Source: Aggregatilineales bacterium
GTDB taxonomy: Bacteria; Chloroflexota; Anaerolineae; Aggregatilineales; Ch27
Length of the DNA: 64,000 bases
Direction: 5' to 3'
NCBI GenBank assembly: GCA_029976005.1
Contig: JARKOQ010000218.1
Span: forward strand, 66,602-130,601
Shown one piece after another: positions 26,232 through 34,609 of the stretch (its first letter is position 1; the number at the start of each line of letters is the position of its first letter). The position numbers were made by a program, and so were the translations under genes. The notes below the pieces were generated by a model. That model ran no database searches, was not told the origin of the DNA, and saw nothing but the letters and a program-made list of their open reading frames with translations.

Positions 26232-27299
26232 CTAAGCAGGGCCTTGAACGCGAATCAATCCCGTCCCTGGAACCACGCGGCCAATCCGCTGCGGGGCATC
26301 TCCCCCCGCCGCCAGGTCGGCCACGAGGTCATCGGCGGCCGCTTCCGGGACGGTCATCAGCAGCCCGCCGGAGGTCTCCGGGTCGTACAGCAGACTCGCC
26401 ACGTCCTCGCTGACGCCCTCCGCGAAAGTCACCCACTGGCTGTAGTAGGCGCGATTGCTGGACATCCCGCCGGGAAAGATCCAGTCCGCCGCGTAGCGCC
26501 GCGCCCCCGGCAGCCAGCGAATGCCATCCAGATCAAGCTCCAGATCGACCCGGCTCAGATCCGCGATCTCGTGGGCATGGCCGAGCAAGCTGTATCCGGT
26601 GATATCGGTGACAGCGTGCGCGCCGTGCCGGTTGGCCGCCCGCGCCGCGTGCTGGTTGAGGCGGGCCATGCTCGCCATCGCCTGTTCGACGTCCACCGCG
26701 TCGGCCTTGTCCTGCTTGAGCGCCGTCGTGATGACCCCTGTGCCCAGGGCCTTGCTCAGGACAAGCACGTCGCCCGGTTTGGCCCCGGCCTTGCTACGGA
26801 TATTGGCCGTATCAATCAGGCCGATCACGGCCAGGCCGTACTTCGGCTCGTTGTCCTTGACGGTGTGCCCGCCCGCAATCGCCGCTCCGGCCTCGCGCAC
26901 CTTCTCCGCGCCGCCGCGCATGATCTCGCCGAGGATAGCGGCGTCCAGATTGGCGGGGAAGGCGGCGAGATTCAACGCAAAGAGCACCTCACCGCCCATG
27001 GCAAACACGTCACTCATGGCGTTGGCGGCCGCGATCGCCCCGAACCCGTAGGGGTCGTCCACCACCGGCGGAAAGAAGTCGGCCGTCACGATGATCGCCC
27101 GCCGCTCGTCGATGCGATAGACGGCCGCGTCATCCGGCTCGGCCAGTCCGACCAGCAGATCGGGATAATCACCGGCCGGGAAAAGGTGTTGTAGGGGGCG
27201 CAGAACCTGCGCCAGCTCGTCAGGGCCGAGCTTGGCCGCTCAGCCCGCGCACGAAGCCAGCGCGGTGAGCTTGACTTCGTGGCTGTTTAGCTTGGTCAT
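26232..27299 (-). CDS. selD: Selenide, water dikinase SelD, selenocysteine-containing (in-frame UGA at codon 20)
   Basis: The track ORF (26232..27089) has the SelD core (AANAMSDVFAMGG..., AGGHTVKDNEPKYG). The same frame extends upstream through a single TGA to ATG 27299, giving ...LASCAG-U-AAKLGPDELAQVL, the SelD active-site loop. Confidence 0.85.
27197..27232 (-). promoter_or_regulatory. Candidate bacterial SECIS: two abutting hairpins starting 8 nt 3' of the UGA
   Basis: mRNA sense: AGCUCG-GCCCUGA-CGAGCU (27232-27214), then GGCGCAG-GUU-CUGCGCC (27213-27197). Confidence 0.45.
27240..27242 (-). other. In-frame UGA (selenocysteine) codon of selD
   Basis: Plus strand TCA at 27240-27242, codon 20 counted from ATG 27299. 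It aligns with the catalytic Cys of Cys-type SelD. Confidence 0.8.
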
Positions 27300-27438
27300 C
27301 CTTGACCCTTCATCCCTTCATGACGACGCATGGGGCCAATCCTGTTCCTGACCCACGATCTCCCAACGATACCTCAACCACAGGCCTTCCGCTACCTGAA
27401 AACCGGCCTGCCGCGTTGCCGGAGCCAAACCAGCGGGC

Positions 27439-27444
27439 TATAAT
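27439..27444 (+). promoter_or_regulatory. -10 box TATAAT placed 7 nt before the fhaA ATG (leaderless transcript predicted)
   Basis: GGGCTATAATCCGCCGCATG. There is no SD between the -10 and ATG 27452. Confidence 0.5.
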
Positions 27445-27451
27445 CCGCCGC

Positions 27452-28240
27452 ATGAGCAAACGACGATTCGCCAGTCTCGAAGACAGTCTTGAGCGCTTGA
27501 TTGAAGGCGGCTTTGCCCGCCTTTTCCGTGGCTCGCTTCAGCCGCGCACGGTGGCTGTCCAGCTCGTGCGAGCCATCGAAGACAATCTGATCCCGGCGGA
27601 CGACGGCCGCGACGCCGCGCCGACCCTGTTCGAGATTCACCTGTGCGCCTCGACTCACGCTGCTCTGATGGCCCAGGCCCCGGATGTCGCCCAACAACTC
27701 TCCCGCCAGGTGGTCACTTACTGTCTGGAAGCGGATTTGTTTCTGGCAGCCCTGCCCGAAGTGACCCTGGAGCCTGATCCCACCCTCAGCGCGCACCAGG
27801 TCACCATCCAGGCCCATCACGGCAGCCACAAACACGAGACCACGCAGATCATGCCGCCCGTGCACCTCTCGCGCATGCCCGCCCTGCCCCTGGCCCGCCT
27901 GATCATGGACGGCCAGCGCAACATCATCCTCAACCGCGAGGCGTTCACCATCGGACGTCACCCAAACAACGATCTGGTCCTGAGCGACCTGCGCGTGTCA
28001 CGCCACCACTGCCAGCTCCGCGTCCGCCAGGGGCGGTTCGTCCTGTACGACAACCAGAGCCGGGGCGGCACCTTCGTCAACGGCCAGCGCATCGTCGAGC
28101 ACGACATGGCCTCCGGCGAGGTCATCCGCATTGGTGGCGTATCGCTGGAGTTCATCGAGGAATCCCCGGAGCAGCGCCGCAAGACGGACACCCAGCACGA
28201 CCTGATCCCGCCGAACCTCAACGGAGAGCCTCAGCCGTGA
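27452..28240 (+). CDS. fhaA: FhaA-like protein (DUF3662 N-terminal domain plus C-terminal FHA domain)
   Basis: 262 aa from MSKRRFASLEDSLERLIEGGFARLFRG (FhaA N-domain). FHA motifs are FTIGRHPNNDLVL...SRHH...NGTFVNG. Confidence 0.88.
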   Translation: MSKRRFASLEDSLERLIEGGFARLFRGSLQPRTVAVQLVRAIEDNLIPADDGRDAAPTLFEIHLCASTHAALMAQAPDVAQQLSRQVVTYCLEADLFLAALPEVTLEPDPTLSAHQVTIQAHHGSHKHETTQIMPPVHLSRMPALPLARLIMDGQRNIILNREAFTIGRHPNNDLVLSDLRVSRHHCQLRVRQGRFVLYDNQSRGGTFVNGQRIVEHDMASGEVIRIGGVSLEFIEESPEQRRKTDTQHDLIPPNLNGEPQP

Positions 28241-28677
28241 GCGAAGCCGTCGTACTGCTTGGCCTGCGCATTGGGGCCGCCTTCGTGCTTCTCCTCTTTT
28301 CCGGCACGCTGTTCATGCTGCTCTGGCGAGACTATCGCATCATCACCCAGGAGATCGAGCGCCGCCACATCCCGCGCGGCCGGCTGATCGTCCTGGCTTC
28401 GGAAACCGACGATCTTCCGCCCGACTCAGAATTTCCGCTGATGCCGCTCACCCGGCTCGGCCGCGCCCCCACCAATACCGTGCACCTGCCAGACAGCTTC
28501 GCCAGTAACGAGCACGCGGTCATCGCCTATCGCAGCGGCAACTGGTGGCTCGAAGATCGCTCCAGCAGCAACGGCACCTTCATCAATGGGGATCGCGTCA
28601 GCGAATCCGTCATCCTGTGCGACGGCGATCTGTTGGGGATCGGTCGGGTCATGCTGCGCGTCCAAATCGAAGACTGA
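28237..28677 (+). CDS. fhaB: FhaB/FipA-like membrane-anchored FHA-domain protein
   Basis: 146 aa. N-terminal TM helix, then the FHA domain (RLGRAPTNTVHL...SNEHAVI...NGTFING). GTGA overlap with fhaA. Confidence 0.85.
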   Translation: MSEAVVLLGLRIGAAFVLLLFSGTLFMLLWRDYRIITQEIERRHIPRGRLIVLASETDDLPPDSEFPLMPLTRLGRAPTNTVHLPDSFASNEHAVIAYRSGNWWLEDRSSSNGTFINGDRVSESVILCDGDLLGIGRVMLRVQIED

Positions 28678-28698
28678 CTCTTCACCAGGAGGACATCG

Positions 28699-29490
28699 AT
28701 GGATCTGGGACTGACCAACCTCCGCGCCCTGGTTACCGCAGCCAGCCGAGGGCTGGGCGCGGCCACCGCTCGCCAGCTCAGTCTGGAAGGCGCCAGCGTG
28801 GCGATTTGCAGCCGCGACCAGGCGCACATCCTCGCCACAGCCGAAGCGCTCAAGGCCGAAGCGAGCCGCCCGGTGCTGGGTCTGGCGGGCGATGTGAGCG
28901 ATCCGCGCAGCGCCGAGGCCCTGGTCGAGCAGGCCGCGATCGCGCTGGGCGGGCTGGATATCCTCGTCACCAACGCGGGCGGGCCGCCCTCCGGCCCCTT
29001 CGAGGCCCTGGATTTTGCCGCCTGGGAAAAGGCCTTCCACCTCAACCTGCTCAGTACGGTCAGCCTGATCCGGGCCGCCCTGCCCACGCTGCGCCAGTCG
29101 CGCCACGCAGCGATTCTGACCATCACTTCCTATTCGGCCAAGCAGCCCATCCCCAACCTCGTCCTGTCCAACAGCCTGCGCGCCGCAGTCATCGGGCTGA
29201 CCAAGACACTGGCCAACGAGCTGGGGCCGAGCGGTATCCGGATCAACAGCATCATGCCCGGATGGACTCGGACCGAGCGCGTCGAGGAGCTGATGGCCGC
29301 CCGCGCCCGCCAGAAAGGCACCGACGTCGAGACCGAGATCGCGGCCCAGGTCGCCGCGATTCCGCTCCAGCGCATGGCCAGCCCGGAAGAATTCGCCCAG
29401 GTGGCGGCGTTTCTCTGCTCGCCGGCCGCGTCGTACATTCACGGGGCAATGATTCCGGTCGATGGCGGAGCCATTCTCGCCTCGCTGTAG
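28699..29490 (+). CDS. SDR-family oxidoreductase, atypical (catalytic Tyr/Lys positions read Ser/Arg)
   Basis: 263 aa. VTAASRGLG and TNAGG motifs are present. The S...YxxxK region reads ITSYSAKQPIPNLVLSNSLRAAVIGLTK. Confidence 0.85.
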   Translation: MDLGLTNLRALVTAASRGLGAATARQLSLEGASVAICSRDQAHILATAEALKAEASRPVLGLAGDVSDPRSAEALVEQAAIALGGLDILVTNAGGPPSGPFEALDFAAWEKAFHLNLLSTVSLIRAALPTLRQSRHAAILTITSYSAKQPIPNLVLSNSLRAAVIGLTKTLANELGPSGIRINSIMPGWTRTERVEELMAARARQKGTDVETEIAAQVAAIPLQRMASPEEFAQVAAFLCSPAASYIHGAMIPVDGGAILASL

Positions 29491-29544
29491 CAAATTGCCC
29501 GGCCCTCCGGGTTCGCCTGAAGCACGCATACAGGAGCAAGTTTC

Positions 29545-30420
29545 ATGGAGAGCGTTCGTATCGCGGTCATCGGCGGTTCTGGCCTCTACAACATGGCCGA
29601 GTTGGCCAATGTGACCACCTATGACCTGGACACGCCCTTTGGCAAACCCAGCGCGCCCATCGTCGTGGGCACGCTGCGCGGCCAGCGAGTCGCGTTCGTG
29701 CCCCGCCACGGCCTGGGCCACCGCCTCTCGCCGTCCGAGGTCCCCTACCGCGCCAACATCTTCGCGCTCAAGCTGCTCGGCGTCACGCATGTCATCAGCG
29801 TCAGCGCCTGCGGCTCCCTGCGGGAGGAGTACGCTCCCGGCCACATCGTCATCCCCGACCAACTGGTCGATCTGACCCGCGACCGGCAGCGCAGTTTCTT
29901 CGGCGGCGGCCTGGTCGTCCATATCTCAGCCGCCGAGCCGTTTAGCCAGAAGTTCAGCGATCTCCTTTATGGGGCCGTCCGCGACGCCGGGGGAACCGTC
30001 CACCGGGGCGGCACGTTCATCACCGTGGAAGGACCGCGCTTCAGCACCAAGGGAGAGAGCATGCTGTTCCGCCAGTGGGGCATGTCGATCATCGGCATGA
30101 CCACCAGCCCGGAAGCCTTCCTGGCCCGCGAGGCCGAGATGCACTACGCCGCGATGGCTCACGTCACCGATTATGACTGCTGGCACGAGACCGAGGAAGC
30201 CGTCACCGTGGATATGGTCATCGCCACCCTGAATCGCAACCTGGCGATTGCTCAGGATGCGGTCGCACTGGCGGTCGAGCGCCTGGCGGCGAGCTTCGAG
30301 GCCTTTACCGAAGCGCACGTGACAAACGCATTGGCGACCGCCCTGATCACCCAGCGCGAAGCCATTCCGGCGGATCTCATCGAGCGCCTGCGGCCGATCC
30401 TCGGCAAGTATTTCGGGTAG
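29545..30420 (+). CDS. mtnP: S-methyl-5'-thioadenosine phosphorylase
   Basis: 291 aa. IAVIGGSGLY...FVPRHG.GH...PSEVPYRANIFALK...GVTHVISVSACGSL is typical MTAP. Confidence 0.92.
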   Translation: MESVRIAVIGGSGLYNMAELANVTTYDLDTPFGKPSAPIVVGTLRGQRVAFVPRHGLGHRLSPSEVPYRANIFALKLLGVTHVISVSACGSLREEYAPGHIVIPDQLVDLTRDRQRSFFGGGLVVHISAAEPFSQKFSDLLYGAVRDAGGTVHRGGTFITVEGPRFSTKGESMLFRQWGMSIIGMTTSPEAFLAREAEMHYAAMAHVTDYDCWHETEEAVTVDMVIATLNRNLAIAQDAVALAVERLAASFEAFTEAHVTNALATALITQREAIPADLIERLRPILGKYFG

Positions 30421-30439
30421 CCTCCGGGGCGCAGCCGCG

Positions 30440-31735
30440 ATGACCTTCGGCCAACTGACCGCGAATGCCAACCGGCGTGAAAGCCTGCTGCTCCGCCTGG
30501 GAGGCGCGTTCCTGGCGATCAATGCCCTGATCCTGGCGATCGCGACCGACAGCCTGGAGCCGATCGCCATGCTGGCGGTCTGGGGACTGGCCGCCTACGG
30601 GGGGCATCGCCTGCTCGACCGGGGGATTCCCCAGCGCGATCCGTTCCTCTTCCCGCTGGCCATGCTGCTCACCGGATGGGGGCTGTTGATGATCCAGCGC
30701 CTCGCGCCGGATTTCGCCTGGAAACAGGCCATCTGGCTGTACGTCGGGCTGGCCGCCATGCAGGTCGTCGGCCGCCTCCCCATCCACCTGCGCTGGCTGC
30801 GCCGCTACCGCTACACCTGGCTGATGGGCGGGCTGCTGCTCTTGCTGGGCACCATCGCCCTGGGGGTCAATCCGTCCGGCGCCGGCCCGCGCCTGTGGCT
30901 CGGCCTGGGGGGAATGTACTTCCAGCCCTCCGAGCTGCTGAAGCTCGTGCTGGTGATCTTCCTGGCCAGCTACCTCGCCGACTACGCGGACATCATCCGC
31001 GAAGGTCACGAACAGCGCCGCTTTCCGCCGCTGCAAGCGCTGGCTCCCCTGGTGCTGATGTGGGGCATCTCGATGGTGGTCGTCATCTGGCAGCAAGACC
31101 TGGGCACGGCCGCCCTGTTCTTCATCGCCTTTCTGATCATGCTCTATATCGCCAGCGGGCGGATGATCTACATCGTCGCGGGCCTGATCCTGCTGCTGCT
31201 GGCCTCGCTGGTTGCTTACCGTTTCGTCGACGTCGTCCGGCTGCGGATCGACATCTGGCTCAACCCCTGGCTCGACGCCGACGGGCGCGCCTTCCAGATT
31301 GTCCAGAGTCTGCTGGCATTCGCGTCGGGCAGCCTTTTCGGCCAGGGTCTGGGCCTTGGCTCGCCCGGTTACGTCCCGGTCGTCCATTCCGATTTCATTT
31401 TCGCCGCCCTGGGCGAGGAATGGGGGCTGCTGGGCGTCCTGACTGCGGTGAGCTGTTTTGCGGTCCTTATCATGCGCGGCTTGCAACTCGCCGCGCTGTG
31501 GTCCAACTCGCGCTTCCGAATGCTACTGGCCGTCGGACTCAGCATCCTGCTCGCCACCCAATGCCTGCTGATCATGGGCGGGGTGCTCAAGATTATCCCC
31601 ATGACAGGCGTCACGCTCCCCTTCATGAGTTACGGCGGCAGCTCCCTGCTGCTCAATTTCAGCCTGATTGGGCTGCTGCTCGTCCTCTCCTCCGGGCCGT
31701 CCAGCCTGGCCGACGTAGAGGACATGCCCCGATGA
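30440..31735 (+). CDS. rodA: SEDS-family peptidoglycan glycosyltransferase (FtsW/RodA/SpoVE)
   Basis: 431 aa, about 10 TM helices, with FQPSELLKL, QQDLGTA, HSDFIFAALGEEWG and GVTLPFMSYGGSS motifs. rodA is assigned from context (fhaAB upstream, class B PBP downstream). Confidence 0.9.
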   Translation: MTFGQLTANANRRESLLLRLGGAFLAINALILAIATDSLEPIAMLAVWGLAAYGGHRLLDRGIPQRDPFLFPLAMLLTGWGLLMIQRLAPDFAWKQAIWLYVGLAAMQVVGRLPIHLRWLRRYRYTWLMGGLLLLLGTIALGVNPSGAGPRLWLGLGGMYFQPSELLKLVLVIFLASYLADYADIIREGHEQRRFPPLQALAPLVLMWGISMVVVIWQQDLGTAALFFIAFLIMLYIASGRMIYIVAGLILLLLASLVAYRFVDVVRLRIDIWLNPWLDADGRAFQIVQSLLAFASGSLFGQGLGLGSPGYVPVVHSDFIFAALGEEWGLLGVLTAVSCFAVLIMRGLQLAALWSNSRFRMLLAVGLSILLATQCLLIMGGVLKIIPMTGVTLPFMSYGGSSLLLNFSLIGLLLVLSSGPSSLADVEDMPR

Positions 31736-33162
31736 AAGAACTGCGCGTGGTGGGACTCGCGATTCTCCTGGGTTTCTTCTGCGTGGGACTGTCCGCCTTC
31801 TACTGGGGCGTGATCGAAGCCGACCGCCTCTACAGCCGGGAGGATAACCCCCGGCTGGTGGAAGAGAGGGTCGTGATCCTGCGCGGATCGATCTACGACG
31901 AGGGGGGCGTCCTGCTGGCCTCCACCGGGCTGGACTACGACCGAATCGGCCTGCGCCGTCTGTATCCCCATCCGGAGACCGCAGCAGCGGTCGGGTATTA
32001 CAGTCTGCGCTACGGAGCCAGCGGCGTGGAAGGGGTCTACGACAGTCTGCTGAGAGGGGCGGAGGGGCCGACTCTGCTGGCCGAAACCGTGCGCCAAACC
32101 CTCCATCAACCGGCGGTTGGCGGAGATGTCCGTCTCACGCTGAACATCGACGTGCAGCAGGCTGCGGCCGAAGCGCTGGGCAGCCTGCATGGAGCGGTCG
32201 TAATGGCGACTCTGCCCGACGGCAAAATCCGGGCGATGGTCAGCATGCCGTATGCCGATCCCAACTTTCTGGATGAGAACCACGAGGTCCTGGCCGAATC
32301 GCCGGACGCGCCGCTGCTCAACCGGGTCACGCAAGGTCTGTACCAACCGGGCAGCTTGCTGCAATCCGTCCTGTTGGCGACGGCGCTCTCCCACCAGGTC
32401 GAAATCAAGACCCCCATCCCAGGCGCTGCCGATCCAATCCAGATCAACGGGCTGACTCTCGCCTGCAGCGAGACGCCGCCATCCAGCGAGCCTACGCTGC
32501 TCGAAGCCTATCAGTATGGATGTCCGGCGCCCTTTGCCGACCTGACCCGATCCCTGACGCCGGCGGCCATCGACGAGGGACTGTGGCGCTTCGGGCTGCT
32601 TCGCCCGCCAGTCCTGGCTGGCCTCCAGACCGAATCCGGCGATTCGCCCCTGCCCCTGGCCTATCAGTACGACAGCGAAGAGCTGCGGGCCGCGCTCGCC
32701 GGGCAGAGCACGCTGACAGTCACGCCGCTTCAGGCGCTCGATATTATCGCAGCCATCGCCAACCGGGGAAATGTCCCTCCCTACCGGATCGTCGAGGCCA
32801 CCCGCCTGCCCGGCGAATCCGAGTGGCAGGCGATCTCTGTTCATGGGCTTTCCCGCGCCGTGCTGACCGCACGGAATGCCCGGACCCTGCGTGACATCCT
32901 GGTCCAAAATCCTAACCCGGCCATCAATGCCGTCCGCCAGCAGAGTCCCTACGTCCTATTCGGACAGACGGCCACCGCCTACTCCGGCCCGGAGGCCACG
33001 CCTCTCCAATGGTTCCTCGGTATGGTGGAGTTCGATCAGGCACAATCTGCCGTCGTGGTCGTCGTGCTGGAAAACGCTGCCGCGCCGGCTGAAGCGGTCC
33101 AGGTCGGTGTTCGGGCCTTGCTGGCCGCAGCCGAGGAATACGCCGCCGCGCCCACTACTTGA
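31732..33162 (+). CDS. Class B penicillin-binding-protein homolog with degenerate transpeptidase motifs
   Basis: 476 aa from MKELRVVGLAILL (TM anchor). ATGA overlap with the SEDS gene. The PbpA-like fold is kept, but SxxK reads SLLQ, SxN reads GCP and KTG reads QTA. Confidence 0.88.
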   Translation: MKELRVVGLAILLGFFCVGLSAFYWGVIEADRLYSREDNPRLVEERVVILRGSIYDEGGVLLASTGLDYDRIGLRRLYPHPETAAAVGYYSLRYGASGVEGVYDSLLRGAEGPTLLAETVRQTLHQPAVGGDVRLTLNIDVQQAAAEALGSLHGAVVMATLPDGKIRAMVSMPYADPNFLDENHEVLAESPDAPLLNRVTQGLYQPGSLLQSVLLATALSHQVEIKTPIPGAADPIQINGLTLACSETPPSSEPTLLEAYQYGCPAPFADLTRSLTPAAIDEGLWRFGLLRPPVLAGLQTESGDSPLPLAYQYDSEELRAALAGQSTLTVTPLQALDIIAAIANRGNVPPYRIVEATRLPGESEWQAISVHGLSRAVLTARNARTLRDILVQNPNPAINAVRQQSPYVLFGQTATAYSGPEATPLQWFLGMVEFDQAQSAVVVVVLENAAAPAEAVQVGVRALLAAAEEYAAAPTT

Positions 33163-33163
33163 A

Positions 33164-33199
33164 CAAAAAACGTCCCGGCGGATGATCCTGCCGGGACGT
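33164..33199. terminator. Hairpin terminator between the convergent PBP and CpXC genes
   Basis: 10-bp stem ACGTCCCGGC/GCCGGGACGT. The minus-strand reading is followed by TTTTTTGTT; the plus strand lacks a U-tract. Confidence 0.75.
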
Positions 33200-33220
33200 G
33201 AGAGTTCGTCTGATCGTGGA

Positions 33221-34594
33221 TCAGGAGGCTGGCTCGCCCACCACGCTGGCCGCATGGGCGCGCAGCGCCCGCAGCCGCTCGCTGATGCGAGTATCCCCAC
33301 GAGCCTCCAGGTCTTCAAGCAATGCATCCATCAGTTCGAGAATCGCCGGCCCGTACTGGCCCGCCTGCGCGTCGATCAACTTCTGCGCCTCGTCCAGCGA
33401 TTCGACCTGAAGCAGGCTGCTCACAAACTGAAGTTCTGGCGGCGCGCTGTTCTGGATCAGCTTCATCACGGTATCACGCACCTGCTTAAGTCGAGCGGAA
33501 GCCATCAGGTCCTTGCGTTCCTCGGCGGCCTGGATATTGGCGGCCAGCACCATCATGAACGTGTCGTTGATCCGCCCCACGTTGCGCTGGATACCTTCCT
33601 CGACCGAAGAGGCATCGAGGATATCCTGGAGAACCTGGACGGCCTCCTGGGCAGCGGCTTCCTGGCGCTGCTGAATCAGTTCGATCAGTTCCGTGATCCG
33701 GGCGCGCACGGCAGACAGGCGCTGCTGTTCGGCCCCACCGGCCTGCTCCACGCGGCTGGTCAGGGCCTGGAAGAACCGGTAGTCCATCACCGGATACTGC
33801 AAGCCGACCACGGCCTCCAGTTGGTGATCGTCCTCGGAAAGCCGGATCACGAGATCGACGAAATCGTCCAGATCGGCACTTTCGCCCAGGCCCTGAACAG
33901 CATCCATCACGGTCTGGATGGCCTTCTCCTGCGACTCCGCTTCCGCCAGGGCTTTCTGCCCGGCCGTGGAGAGCGCCATCACCTCATCCCGGATTTGCAG
34001 GGCGTGCTGGGCCAGGTCCTGCCGGCCGGAGCGTAGCGCATTCTCCGCCGCCGCGGTGATGATCTCGAACATCTCCAGGTCGATGCGTGAATCGTTCTGC
34101 TGGACCAGTTCCGGCAGTTGCTCGATGTCACTCTGGAGCAGCGTCTCGGCCAGGCGTAGCTTGGTGCGCTGCGCTTCCAGCATCTCCGGCGTGACACCGT
34201 CCGCCGCCAGAATGGCCTCGAACAGGCCCTGCATCGTCAGCACGGTACGCGGCTGGAACAGATAGCCGCGCCGCTGTTCGGCAGGGATGCTGTTCATCAG
34301 GTTTCTGACCAGGTTGCCGATGACGCGCTCCTGCTCATCCTTCTGCATGCCCAGTTCCATCGGCACGAAAGTCAGCAGCAGTTCGTGTGCCGGATCGTGA
34401 TACAGCAGGGGAGCGCCCAGAGCGGCCTGAAAACCGCAGTGCGGGCAGCGCGCCACGTTAATTTGCCCGGAGAGCAGGCGCGTCTTGGCCGAGGGATCGC
34501 GTCCCACGTCGATCACCTGCTCGACATTGACCGCAAAGGGCTGGCGGCAATTGGGGCACTGAATGCTCTTGCCGGCCTCACTGATCTTATTCAT
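33221..34594 (-). CDS. CpXC-domain protein with a long alpha-helical C-terminal region
   Basis: 457 aa. N-terminal zinc-ribbon-like CPNC...CPHC (CpXC family), followed by about 330 aa rich in helices. Confidence 0.8.
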   Translation of the reverse strand: MNKISEAGKSIQCPNCRQPFAVNVEQVIDVGRDPSAKTRLLSGQINVARCPHCGFQAALGAPLLYHDPAHELLLTFVPMELGMQKDEQERVIGNLVRNLMNSIPAEQRRGYLFQPRTVLTMQGLFEAILAADGVTPEMLEAQRTKLRLAETLLQSDIEQLPELVQQNDSRIDLEMFEIITAAAENALRSGRQDLAQHALQIRDEVMALSTAGQKALAEAESQEKAIQTVMDAVQGLGESADLDDFVDLVIRLSEDDHQLEAVVGLQYPVMDYRFFQALTSRVEQAGGAEQQRLSAVRARITELIELIQQRQEAAAQEAVQVLQDILDASSVEEGIQRNVGRINDTFMMVLAANIQAAEERKDLMASARLKQVRDTVMKLIQNSAPPELQFVSSLLQVESLDEAQKLIDAQAGQYGPAILELMDALLEDLEARGDTRISERLRALRAHAASVVGEPAS

Positions 34595-34609
34595 CGACTG
34601 CTCCAGTTC

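Noticed and set aside
23409-27194. 1261-aa plus-strand ORF opposite the two M23 hydrolase genes and selD
   Set aside because: Same shadow-ORF behaviour. It runs through two terminators and promoter regions and has no motifs, whereas the minus-strand genes have unambiguous M23 and SelD signatures.
30676-31731. N-terminal 350 aa of the 828-aa track ORF 30676..33162, which would fuse extra sequence onto the PBP
   Set aside because: This part overlaps the SEDS gene in another frame and is Arg/Pro/Ala-rich. The PBP has a proper start at ATG 31732 (MKELRVVGLAILL TM anchor) overlapping the SEDS stop.
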